From Cycas panzhihuaensis (Eukaryota; Plantae; Cycadophyta): a DNA stretch of 64,000 nt. Every line of letters starts with the position of its first letter. Position 1 is the first letter of the stretch. The notes under the pieces were generated by a model. It did no database searches. It was not told the origin of the DNA and saw only the letters and a program-made list of their open reading frames with translations. Positions 1 through 10,896 of the stretch are shown here, piece after piece. The translations under genes were made by a program, and so were the position numbers. The stretch spans positions 144,591,741 through 144,655,740 of the forward strand of contig CM041465.1 of NCBI GenBank assembly GCA_023213395.1. Reading direction: 5' to 3'.

Positions 1-3000
1 GTATTTGAGTATATGTTTTACTGCATTCCAATGTTTCTGATTGGGTTGAGACATGTATCTAGAACAAATCCCAAGTGCAAATAAAATATTCAGATGCATG
101 TTAGTGAGATAAATGAGGCTACCAATCAATTGTCGGTAAAGAGTGGGATCTGCAGGTTCAACTTCCTCATTAAGAGTAAGATTTGTTCCATTCTCCATAG
201 GTGTTGGTACTGGTTTGCAGTCATGCATCCTGAACAACTACAAAATATCCCAAGAATATTTTGCTTGGGATATGAATATAGGTCCAAGTTGTTGGCACAC
301 CTCAAAGCTTAGAAAATAATGTAGTAGTCAAAGATCTGTCATCTCGAAAGTTCTTTTCAAATCATCCTAGAGAATGTATATCATCTTAGTGTCATTACCA
401 GTGATCACTAAGTCATCAGTATACAAGACAATAAATATAGCACGGTCTCTCTCAACTTTGATGTACAAGTTAGGGTTTAATGTGGATCGATGAAAACCAT
501 GTCTCAAAAAATAATTATCGATTTTGGAGTACCATGCCTGAGGAGCTTATTTCAAGCTATATAAAGCCTTTTTCAGATGATAAACCAAGTGCTCCTTGCC
601 TTGTACTTTGTAACCAGGAGGTTGTTCCAAATATACCTCCTCTTGAAGATCGCCATTGAGAAATACGCTCTTCACGTCCATTTGATATGCTGGCCATTTA
701 CATTGAGCAGCTAAGGCCAAGATGAATCTAATGGTGTTCATATTAGCAACAGGGGCAAAAGTCTCCTCATAGTCAATGCCTTCTTTTTGTTTGAACTATT
801 TTGCAACAAGTCGCGCCTTATGAAGCTTGAGGGTACCATCAGAATGGAATTTGGTCTTGTAGACCCATTTACAACTGATTGCTTGTTTATGCTTAGGCAA
901 TTCTACCAAATTCCATGTTCCATTCTTTTCAATAGAATGGATTTCTTCATCCATAGCAGTTTTCCAATTGTCATTTTGAGATGCTTCCTCAAAGGTGGAG
1001 GGTTCATCAATACAAAGTACATCAGCCATGAGTGCATAATTGGTTTGTTGCTTATATTTTAATGGACGCTTTCCTTCAATAATCTGGCCGTCTTGGACAA
1101 TTTGTGTAATCCATTTTGGCAATTTTTTAATTGATGCAACTTGAACGTCAATGTCTTCTAATCTGAGTAATATATCAAAAGACAATGTGCTAGGATCAAG
1201 TGGAGTAGTATCTGATGATGTAGACGGTCCAGTTGGTGCAGATGGTGTACATGATGTAGAAGATTGAGAGGGAATGAAACACTTAACAATCTTTTTATCT
1301 TTATCAAGAGGAGGTTGGAAAGACGCAGATTCCAACTCCTTATGCTCTTCTTCAGCAAATATCACATCTCTTGAGAGATGCATTTTCTTCCTAATAGGAT
1401 CATACAACTTGTAAGCTTTACTATGAGTTGCATAGCTTACAAAGATGCATTTTAGACTATGTTTGTCTAATTTAGATCTTTGTTGATCGGGGGTGTGCAT
1501 ATATGCAGTACACCCAAATGTCCTTAAGTGACTAACGATTGGCTTTTTACCAGGTCAAGCTTCTTCTAGTGTGATGTCATCGACTGCTGAAGTAGGACTC
1601 AGATTTGCCACATAAGCAACTGTGTGAAATGCTTCCACCCAATATGCTCATGTGAGTCCTTTTGCATGCATCATAGCTTTGGCTTTGTTTGTCAAAGTTC
1701 TATTCAAATGTTCAGACACTCTGTTTTGTTGAGGAGTACGAGGAATAGTGAGTTGTCTTCAAATGCCATTATCCTTACATAATTGAGTGAATTCTTTTGA
1801 AGTGAATTCACTTCCATTATCTGACCTTAGTATTTTGATTGTATAACTAGATTCATTATCTACTTCAAACTTGAATTCCTTGAATTTCTGGAATGCTTCA
1901 GATTTCTGTTTGAGGAAGTAAACCCAAATTTTGTGAGAGAAATCATCTATGAAGGAGATATAATACAATGCACCTCCAAAAGATGTTGTGGACATAGGTC
2001 CACACAAATCAAAATATATCAGCTACAAATGATATAATGCACGCCATGCTTTGCCTTTAGGAAAAGGCAATCTATGTTGTGTTCCCATTATACAAGCTTC
2101 ACAAAGGCATTTTGAACCATATAGCTTTGGAAATGCATGCACCATGTTCTTGTTTACCATCAACTTGATATTGTTTAAATTCAAGTGGCCTAGATGATGA
2201 TGCCAAAGTTGCATCTTTGTTGATGATGGCGTGACACAATAAGCAGAATCAGAAGTTGTGTTATTTGCATCCAACTTATAAATGCCATGGTCTTCATGAC
2301 CAATGGCTACAACTTGATCATGCTTGTCACTGATGACGCATTTCCCATTTTTAAACAAAATGCTCATTTGTTGCTTGTCCAATTGGGTAACAGATAGCAA
2401 GTTCTTCTCCATGGAAGCAATGTAGTAGGCATCACCATTTAGAAATGTTAAAGAAGGATTTGAAGAAGAATGAAATTGGGCAATTATGCCTATACTAGAG
2501 ATCTCTATTGATTCATTGTTGTCAAAAGTTACTGATTTACCATTTCCTTTTTTTATGGCATGAAGAAGTTCTTCACTTCCAATCATGTGTCGTGATGCCC
2601 CCGAGTCGATGATCTAAGTTTGATCAACATCTGAAGTATAATAAGAACAAAGTAGCTTATGCTCTTCTACAAGCTGGTTTGTGTAGCATTGATTGCCACC
2701 TCTGAAACCCCCCCTTCCTCTTTGACCTCCTCGATATACACCTCGATTTGGTCGAGGGGGATATTGTTGTTGTTGCTGAAATCGCTGTTGCTGCTGGAAT
2801 TGTTGACGAGGCTACTGTTGTCTCTGATGTGGCTGCTACTGAAGTCTACGCTAAAGGTTGGCTTTCTTTTTTCGACAATCAGGAGCTATGTGGACAACCT
2901 TGTCATAATAATGACAAATAACATTAGCTTTTGAAGTGCCAATGCTCATATTTCCAAATTGTTTTATAAGTGAAGGTTTGGGAGTGAGTTTGGCCTTCAA

Positions 3001-3654
3001 CTTGGTCTTGAAAGCTCCTGAAGTAGATGCACCATTATCATTTTCTTTATCATAAATTTGTTTCTCTTGAAGTAATAAACTCTCTAGTTGATTGAAGGAC
3101 ATTACAGAAAGAGAGCCATCTCGGGTGATAGATAAAATAAAGCCATTGCAATCTTTAGGCAAAGCTCGAATGGTGGTGGTTACAAGTTCATCCATTGAAG
3201 TAGGTTTGCTTAAAGTATTCAATTCATTACAATTTTCTTTAATAGAAGCAAGAAATGCCAACATAGGCTTTACATACTTTATAGAATAAAGTTTTGCTTT
3301 GACTAACAAAATGTGAGCTTCATCTTGCCTTTCATACAAAGAGGACAAAATGTCCCAAGCTTCCTTAAATGTTTCGACATTTGAAATGTTTTGATCAACA
3401 TTTACATCAATAACCATATGCAAAAATGCCAAGGCTGTTTCATCCTTAGCTTCCCAAGAATCAACATAATCAACATCAGGATCAACAACCACACCATCAA
3501 TCTCCATAGGTTCAGGCAAAAGATATCTGCCAGAAACATAGGCCCAAAGTTCGTTCATCTTTAAGAGGTTTTGTGTTTGCCTCTTCCAATCTTGATAATT
3601 CTTTTGTCTTGTCAACTTGATTGTATATGCATTGTGCATATTTAAAGTAGCCAT
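1..3654 (-). pseudogene. gag-pol: Decayed Copia gag-pol of A
   Basis: Gag (NYQDWK..LWAYVSG, KEAWDIL), degenerate CCHC knuckle, protease IIDSGASRHMIG (~2580-2615), integrase FIDDFS/LRSDNGSEF, RT YQMDVKSVFLNGDL and YTDDLVITG. Multiple stops and frameshifts. Confidence 0.93.
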
Positions 3655-4902
3655 GTTTAAGTTGTAAAGAGCTTGAAGCTAGCAGATGACTTGGAAACTC
3701 AATGTTTTCATCACTTAAGTTCCACCTTTTAACAAAACCAATATTCCTGATCTTATTAGAAGATCTAACAACTGAATGGAGTGATGAGGGGTGGAGGGCT
3801 AGGCAAAAGAGTTGGTCCAACTTTGATCTATAAAGGAGATCTAATAGTTGACCAAGCCAAATCTAGGACAAGGCAGGTATGGTTGATCTGCATGGATGTA
3901 CCATGCTTTCCTTAGGATTCACAGCCCTAATAACGCCCTTAATTGTCGTGCACTAACTGTAAGGTCGGTTGGTCCCCTAGGAAATGCACTAAGCTTAAGG
4001 TTATTTTAGAGGCAAGGTTTGAACCTTTTTTGGGCGTCTCCTACTTGATTTTAAAATTCATTTTTAGAAGGTTTAAGTGGACTTTAGAATAAGTTTTACT
4101 TGGATGATATAGATGTTTGATTTTACAATGATAAAGAACTTCAAGGAAAAGCAATCAAGTACATCAAAATGATCACTTTGAGTGATTTACACGAGCACTT
4201 TAGTGTGAAAAATAGTGTTATCAAATCCAAGTAAAATAAAGTGCTTAAGTACAATGAAATTATAGACACTTTTAAAGAAGATGCTAAGTGCTTCAATGAA
4301 GAAAGCGCAAAGTCTTTGTGTAAAGAATGCAACTGGGTTCCTTTTAATGCTTGAAGAGAAGAGGAAAGAGTCACTTGCAAGTTGAAGACGGCAAGCACCA
4401 AGTGTTGAGACTTTGAAATAGTCCCAACGATCAACAAAACAAAGTGATTTTATTAAATAAAGATGTTTTTGAGTCCCCTTTGTAATTAAGGGCAATAGGT
4501 CACCATGCAAAGTGCTTTAAAAAAAAGTGTTAAGATAGTGATAAAAATTGCTTTTACAAAGTGTGGACACTTTAAAAATCACTTTATCAAGACCTTTTAA
4601 CACTTATACAACATGAAACAAGCGTTAAATGAGTAAAAAACGTGCCAAAGGATTATGTTGAAATTTCATTTTTTTTACAACTTTGATTAGTAAGATCACC
4701 ATGCGAGGAGCCTTGAATGAGGACTTAGACCAGTAAATTTAATCTCCAAAGATAAATGATTAGCACAATTTTAGTGATTTGATGAAATCACTAGTTATAA
4801 TGAAGATTTTAACCTTCAAAAACTGGAAAAAAAAAGATTTTTCTTTTAAAAAAAATTAAGCCAAAAGTCAAAAAGACAAAGATAAGGCTTAAAAGAGAAG
4901 GA

Positions 4903-4927
4903 TTTTTTTTTTTTTTTTTTTTTTTTT
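4903..4927. repeat. Poly(T)25 tract in the leader of A
   Basis: Directly visible homopolymer. Confidence 0.9.
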
Positions 4928-5911
4928 CAGACTTAGAAAGCTTGATTTAGTCTCTAATACCACAGAATTAAGACTGATGAAGTCACTGAATTGAAAACCA
5001 CTAAAAAATGTTGATTTTGAGTTTAAAAAAAGTGATTTTTAAGTAATTTAATGTGACTTGATATAAAACTTAGTAAATAAAGTTTATGAAAAAGTGAATA
5101 TTCAAAAAGAATATTCTTAATAATATAAAGTAAGGTCTAAATGTTAAAGTTATATTTGGAATATATCAAAAAAACTTGAATGTGGTCGAATGACGATGTG
5201 GGCAGATTTCTGAATCACACAGACGATGATATCTACGTGAGGACTCCACAGATCGAAACAATCTTTGAGAGGCGGCCTTGCACATTGAAGACAAAGATTT
5301 ATCTCTGATTTCAGCTCCTCTTATTGCCTATAGAAAGAGAACGAGTAGATTGAAGCTAAAACGAGGCGCACAGGTGGAGGGAGTCACCACATCAAGTACA
5401 ACAACTTACATTCACTTTTATTCTTTGCAAAATGTTCATGGGACCCACTGATGTTGTGTTTAGTCTTTTTCAGATGAACAAGAGACTCCATCTAGCATGT
5501 AAGGGCAGATTGAACTCTCTATATGGGTTTCGAGGGATGAAAAATGCCTAGAATCACTTCACAACCTACAGAGAGTCAGTGGCTCATGATAATCATAGTT
5601 AGTGAGCTTCAAAATTCTTCATAATACTCATGCACCTTGATTTGTGAGAAGAATCAACTAAAAAATCTAATTTTTAGTGCAAAAACACATAAAAACGTGA
5701 GTAAAACTAGCTTGAAACCTTTGAAAAATATCTCAAATCAGAGTACAATCATTTCTAGCCTTCAAAATACTCGAGAATAGCCTTGATCTACAAAGGTGTG
5801 CTTCAACAATCCTTGGATCGCCTTCAGAGAGCAAAGGTCGTCACTAAGGGGGTCTAAAACCCATTCTAAGTCTCCCTTGAAGTAGAATTTAGAACTGTGG
5901 GAACTAGTCTC

Positions 5912-6319
5912 TGTTAGAGTATAATGTTTAATGTTGTGTGTGTGGCTAAGTAAAGTGTGTCTTAGGGTTAATAGTCATAGTCTTAATTATTAGAGTCTAA
6001 GAGTCATTTATCATTATAATATAATGTGAGAAGATAAAAGCTTATTGGTTAAGTTAGTTGGTGTAATGTCATTGGTTAGGATAGAGATAATTGTCCCACA
6101 TGCATTACTTCTATTGTATGTCCTCCCACCTATTTTGTATATAAATGTGGTTGAGGTAGTATATGTGATCAAGTAATCATCAAGGTTCATGTTGAGTATA
6201 TGGTGCTTTGGTATATTAATGTATTATGATTATGTTGAGTTAATATACCTTGATCTTTGCTCATTGATATTGATATTGTTATTGTTGATGATGAATGTCT
6301 TCCATGTTAAAATCTAACA
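5912..6319 (+). repeat. 5' LTR of X
   Basis: Direct repeat of 9606-10013. Confidence 0.97.
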
Positions 6320-6515
6320 TGGTATCTGAGCAGGTTGCATAATAAGGCTGTTGTTACACAGGTTTACCAAGTTTTTGATAAAAGGTGGCTCCGTTAAGTT
6401 GGTTGTTGGTTTGAGGATTTGAAGTGGAAAGGTGAAATCCCAAGGACATCACTATTGCAAAGTGTGCCAAGTGTTGATGCAAAACAAATTTTTTTGGGTA
6501 ACATTGTTCATTTGT

Positions 6516-6591
6516 TTTGTGAAGAAAGTCTCATGCTAAGGGTTTGCGATTGATTTGTGAAGAAAGTCTTGTGCCAAGGGTTTGTGATTGA
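6516..6591 (+). repeat. 38-bp tandem duplication in the leader of X
   Basis: tttgtgaagaaagtctcatgctaagggtttgcgattga followed by a near-identical copy. Confidence 0.9.
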
Positions 6592-6837
6592 TGACATGTG
6601 AATGTTTTGAATTTGTTAAACTTTGAAATCTGTTTGAAAGTGAAGAAGGGTTTTGAGAATTTATGAAACTAAGGGCTGTTGAAACCCATTTATACTAGTA
6701 AAAGTATGTGTTGGTCGAAAGCTTCAATCATTAGGGGTGACTATTCAAAAAACTCAATCGCTGGAATATGAAGGCATTATAGCTCAAATTTCTACATAGA
6801 AGTATGATCATCGTTAGACAACCATCTTGGGGATTTC

Positions 6838-7155
6838 ATAACTAAAGTCACAACACTTGCCAAATTGGTTCTCTCTAGGAGCTCAGAAATTAATTCTGAG
6901 CCAAATCCTAATAATCGGTTTACAATTCCTCAGATATTAGAGAACTCCTGGTTCAAAAAGGGTTATACCTCAGTTAAATTTTGAGAGGAAAGAGATACCA
7001 ACCTAGATGATATTGATGCAGTGTTAGGTGACTCCGCTGAGCACCTTGTAACAGAAGAAGGGTGGTAGATAGGAAGCACAGTTTACATCCAAGAACCTAG
7101 CAGCTGAAATAATCACAAAGGAGGTGGAGCCTTCTGGGAAACTTAGACAGTCAGT
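6838..7155 (+). pseudogene. CIPK: Captured, internally deleted fragment of a CBL-interacting protein kinase (SnRK3) transcript
   Basis: With frameshifts reads PNWFSLGAQKLI / EPNPNNRFTIPQILENSWFKKGYTSVKF*EERDTNLDDIDAVLGDSAEHLVTEE / EAQFTSKNLAAEIITK / EVEPS. This matches the CIPK kinase end, junction region and KRETRFTS..EII segment. Confidence 0.88.
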
Positions 7156-7251
7156 GCTCATTAGGGTTTACACCCTGGATAAGAATTCTGTTGTAAACCC
7201 ACTATTTGGTCTGTATATATGTTTGAAGAAGAAAGAATCACACTTAGCTGA

Positions 7252-7405
7252 TGACCGCCTATCTTTAGTAACATCTGCATACACATGGACGTCCTTCCAT
7301 ACGATTGGCTGATCATCAACCATGCTCCTTTCTTTTGCTATCGCGCTCCTTACATCACCGACTGCACTCCTCTCTTCGACGACCATCTCTTCGGTGTCGT
7401 TCTCC
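7252..7405 (-). pseudogene. Possible captured ubiquitin-like domain fragment
   Basis: GC-richer segment reading TEEMVVEERSAVGDVRSAIAKERSMVDDQPIVWK. It aligns without gaps to the ubiquitin pattern [29 protein letters not shown], at low identity. Confidence 0.4.
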
Positions 7406-7687
7406 TAAGGGGTGGACTTAATGGAGTAATTTGTGCAAGAAGAGGGTTTGGCCGATGGACCTTGATGCCAGAGAGAATGGAGATACATAACTTCATCTTA
7501 TTCTCCTTGGTGTAAAACTAAAACCTCAGGGTGAGTCGAAAGGAGCTGCTTGAACTGGAGAAGAAATAGCTGTCAGTAGTGAATGAGAAACGGTTAACGT
7601 AGAGCTGTAAAAGAAGAGTAAAGACAGACTGCAACGCTCTCCATGAGATAAAGCATACTCCTTAGATCGAGACAATGTGCGTAACAG

Positions 7688-7799
7688 GCTATCAAGCATA
7701 ATACAGATGTGCGTCCACTGGCATACAAAGATAACACCGCATGAATGACACATACAAGGCCGGCGCGTTGAAGATCTCGAACATTATCTGCGTCATTTT
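7688..7799 (-). pseudogene. ACT: Captured actin fragment, antisense to X
   Basis: [36 protein letters not shown] with two 1-nt deletions, versus the actin consensus [38 protein letters not shown]. Confidence 0.93.
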
Positions 7800-8323
7800 G
7801 GTTGCCTGGAATTGAGAGGTATCTCTATGATGTATAGAGGAGATGCAGAGGAAGCCTGGATGATTGCTCACTGAATCTTCGAATGGAAGAAGTGTCGCTG
7901 TGATGAATATAGGTCTCAACTAGGGTTTTGATCCTTTCAGTTATATTAGATCCATGGACCCAAAATTCGAATAAGGTAGATTTGATTTGAATTTTGTTTT
8001 TAAAGGTGTTTGGATTTTCACACCTAAGCGGTTGGGCATATGGGTCCCTAATATGACCTTTTTGCCTATTAAGAAAAGGGGGTTTAAAAATTATCTTTAC
8101 TCTGTGTTGATATACAAAAAGGGCTCTTATACATTTTATTTTATATCTTTGCATTCAAACATCTGTTTCGCAATCCGTCTAAGACGTTAGAATCGTATCT
8201 CAGAGCTAGACAATTTGAAATGTGATTTAAGAGAATTCCTTATTGTTTTGATGGAGTTAGTGTTATTCAAAGTTGATATATGAATATTGAGTGATGTGAT
8301 TAAAATCAAGTTAATCCTTCATC

Positions 8324-9472
8324 ATGGAGCTAGAGGACGTCATTATTTTTGTGCCAGAAAAGAACGAGTTTTGGTTAACAGATATTCCCCAGGCCTTACC
8401 CAAGTATATTGGAATCAATTTCCGTATTTGGAAAATTAAATGGAATGTATATTCATGGCAAAAAGGTTATGGGAAATTGTTCGAAATGACATTTCATAGA
8501 TTAATGAAGAAGGGGAGGAAAGCCTTAAGAAAAAGAATTGGTAGCCATTGATGTGATTCTTGCAGCACTTGATAAAGAGAACCTTCCCCCTTTATATTAA
8601 TTTCTTGTTCGTGCAATTCATAATGCTAACACTGCCAACGAGGCATGGAACCTTCTAAATAATGTGTTTGAAAAAACCCCTCAAGAGGTGCAAGAGGCTC
8701 TTGAAAGGGCAACCACTGTTGTTGATGATTGCAATACAGGTAAGGAAGATGATGAAGATTGTACCAATGATGCAAATGAAAATGTATGTGGAGGAACTAA
8801 TGAGATTACTGATGAATCTACTATCGAATACATTCTTGGACCTGAAGAGCATGTTGAACCTACTTCAAGTAATTGTGATGAAGCAATTGAAATTCCTCTA
8901 CATGAATTCATCGCTTCAGGAGAGGATGAAATTGGTGAAGTGAAATCTATTTCTATTCTTGATTCAACTACTGATTTTAATCCGAATTGCTCTCAAGACA
9001 ATGAAGTCTTTCCACTTGCGAAGGAACCTATTCAAGATGTTGATGCTCATAGTTCACTGTTTGATGACTTACCTTCATATTTGGATATTGTTGATTCTTC
9101 TCTTATGGACTTATCTTCAAATGGTGGCATTGGTTCAACAGTTGTTAATCACTCATATGTTAAAGAAAATGAAGCCAAACAAGTGTTGACCAAAACATTG
9201 ATTAAAGACATACTTGATGTACATTTTGAAAATGGTTTTGATGAGTACATACAGGATAACCTGACAGGTCTATATCAGGCTCAAGTTGATTTGATCATGA
9301 TGCTACACATTTTGCATGACATTGCATATGAGGATGAAAAAGACAAAGTTCAAGGACCATCACTCTAAGGAAATACTTCAAGGATAACATTACAAGAATG
9401 AAGACAAAAATCAAGGCAAAAACATTATGTTTAAGACTTTTCTAAGATCAAAACGCTACAAATTCAAAAAAT
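8324..9472 (+). pseudogene. gag: Copia Gag N-terminus fused to an acidic linker and RNase H C-terminal-like tail (X)
   Basis: NFRIWKIK/MECIFMAKRLWEIV..ANTANEAWNLLNNVFE, then the D/E-rich ORF 8664-9368, then HYKNEDKNQGKNIMFKTFLRSKRYKFK. Homologous to the ORF of Y. Confidence 0.8.
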
Positions 9473-9605
9473 GCAAAGTATATGTTGATCAAATTAGAGT
9501 CTATTAATAGTCATATTTAATGTCCTAAGTCCATCATCAAGTGTCATGTTAATCTTTAGTATTCAATTATTTTTTGTAGTCTTGACATTAAACATTATGG
9601 GGAGG

Positions 9606-10013
9606 TGTTAGAGTATAATGTTTAATGTTCTGTGTGTAGCTAAGTAAAGTGTGTCTTAGAGTTAATAGTCATAGTTCTAAGTATTAGAGTCTAAGAGTCA
9701 TTTATCATTATAATATTATGTGAGAAGATAGAAGCCTATTGGTTAAGTTAGTTGGTGTAATGTCATTGGTTAAGATAGAGGTAATTGTCCCACATACATT
9801 ACTTCTATTGTATGTCCTCCCACCTATTTTGTATATAAAGGTGGTTGAGGTAGTATATGTGATCAAGTAATCATCAAGGCTCATGTTGAGTCTATGGTGC
9901 TTTGGTATGTTAATGTATACTGATTATGTTAAGTTAATATACCTTGATCTTTGCTCATTGATATTGGTATTGTTGTTGATGATGATGAATGCCTTCCGTG
10001 TTAAAATCTAACA
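9606..10013 (+). repeat. 3' LTR of X
   Basis: Direct repeat of 5912-6319, preceded by the PPT. Confidence 0.97.
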
Positions 10014-10037
10014 GTCTCCTCTAGCTCTGATACCAAA

Positions 10038-10588
10038 TGTGAGAAAGGCCAAAGGATTAGAGTGCCTAAGACCTATAAAACCAAGATCATGAAGACAGTT
10101 TTCCTCTAGTTCTAAATAACATAAGAACAAAACTAAGATAAGCAAGACCAAGATCAAAGGAGCAAGATGGTACGAAGGTGTGAGGAGGAGGAATTAGTCC
10201 TACTCCAAAGAATACCAATTGATTAGAAAATTGGTAGCATAACATTACACTTCAACTCTACATATGAGACATGAGGAGAGGTCTCAATATATAAAGTAAC
10301 TGAAGTTACCTAACACCGTTGGATGTTTGTCAAGTGGAAAACATCCAAAGTACATGCAATGAATGGCTTGCATGTCATGCATAAAGGACATGTGTCCATT
10401 AGGCTCTCAAGTGAGCAAAAATGCATGAGGGTCCATTTGACTCTTTAGTTACAATGTTATATCACTAGGATGAAAATGGGTGTGTACTTTATCACTTAAG
10501 TGATTAGTCACCCCATAAAGTACAAAATAATGAAAGAAAGAATAAAAGAATAAAGTATATACTTAACATGTAAACATAAGGTTTAACA
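10038..10588 (-). repeat. 5' LTR of Copia A
   Basis: Adjacent to the PBS, TG..CA termini, homologous to the B LTR at 18052-18521. Confidence 0.85.
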
Positions 10589-10896
10589 CATGCATGCTTA
10601 GAATTAGAGGTACTGGCAATATTTTGATCCACAATATTATGAATAGTCATATGTAAGAAAGCCAAGGCAATTTTGTCTTTAACTTTCCATGTAGTAACAA
10701 GAATTGGAACAACAGGTATTGTTGCATTAGCTTTCATAATATTTGGTGTTAGAGCAAACTTGGGGATTTTTCCACATACATAACCTCAAAGTTCATTTAT
10801 AATTAGTATATTCTTAGCTTGTTTCTTCCAGTCTTGAAAGTTATTAGGTCCATTCAATTTGATGTGGCTTGTATTAAGCATTGTTAAGGGAGACAT
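10589..10896 (-). pseudogene. gag: Gag N-terminus of B, cut by the A insertion
   Basis: HIKLNGPNNFQDWKKQAKNIL..KDKIALAFLHMTIHNIVDQNI matches A gag KDETALAFLHMVIDVNVDQNI. Confidence 0.85.

Larger units (their letters stand above)
5912..10013 (+). mobile_element. Non-autonomous Copia-derived LTR element X carrying host gene fragments
   Basis: 408-bp LTRs 5912-6319 and 9606-10013 (~94% identical, TG..CA). TSD GTCTC at 5907-5911 and 10014-10018. PBS TGGTATCTGAGC 6320-6331. PPT ~9597-9605. No PR, INT or RT. Confidence 0.95.
1..10588 (-). mobile_element. Ty1/Copia LTR retrotransposon A (3' part outside window; interrupted by X)
   Basis: Gag-PR-INT-RT order on minus strand. PBS TGGTATCAGAGC (tRNA-iMet type) at 10024-10035. 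5' LTR 10038-10588 with TG..CA ends. Inserted in the gag of B; flank CATGC at 10589-10593. Confidence 0.93.

Noticed and set aside
4949-4963. Extra PBS-like motifs inside leaders (also 23770-23780)
   Set aside because: No adjacent LTR end; short imperfect matches.
5180-5308. Short ORF with FLNHTDDDIYVR resembling a GT31 galactosyltransferase motif
   Set aside because: Only ~42 codons and one short motif; kept only as part of the variable-slot finding.
10024-10035. tRNA-like sequences
   Set aside because: These are 12-nt primer-binding sites complementary to the tRNA-Met 3' end, not tRNA genes.
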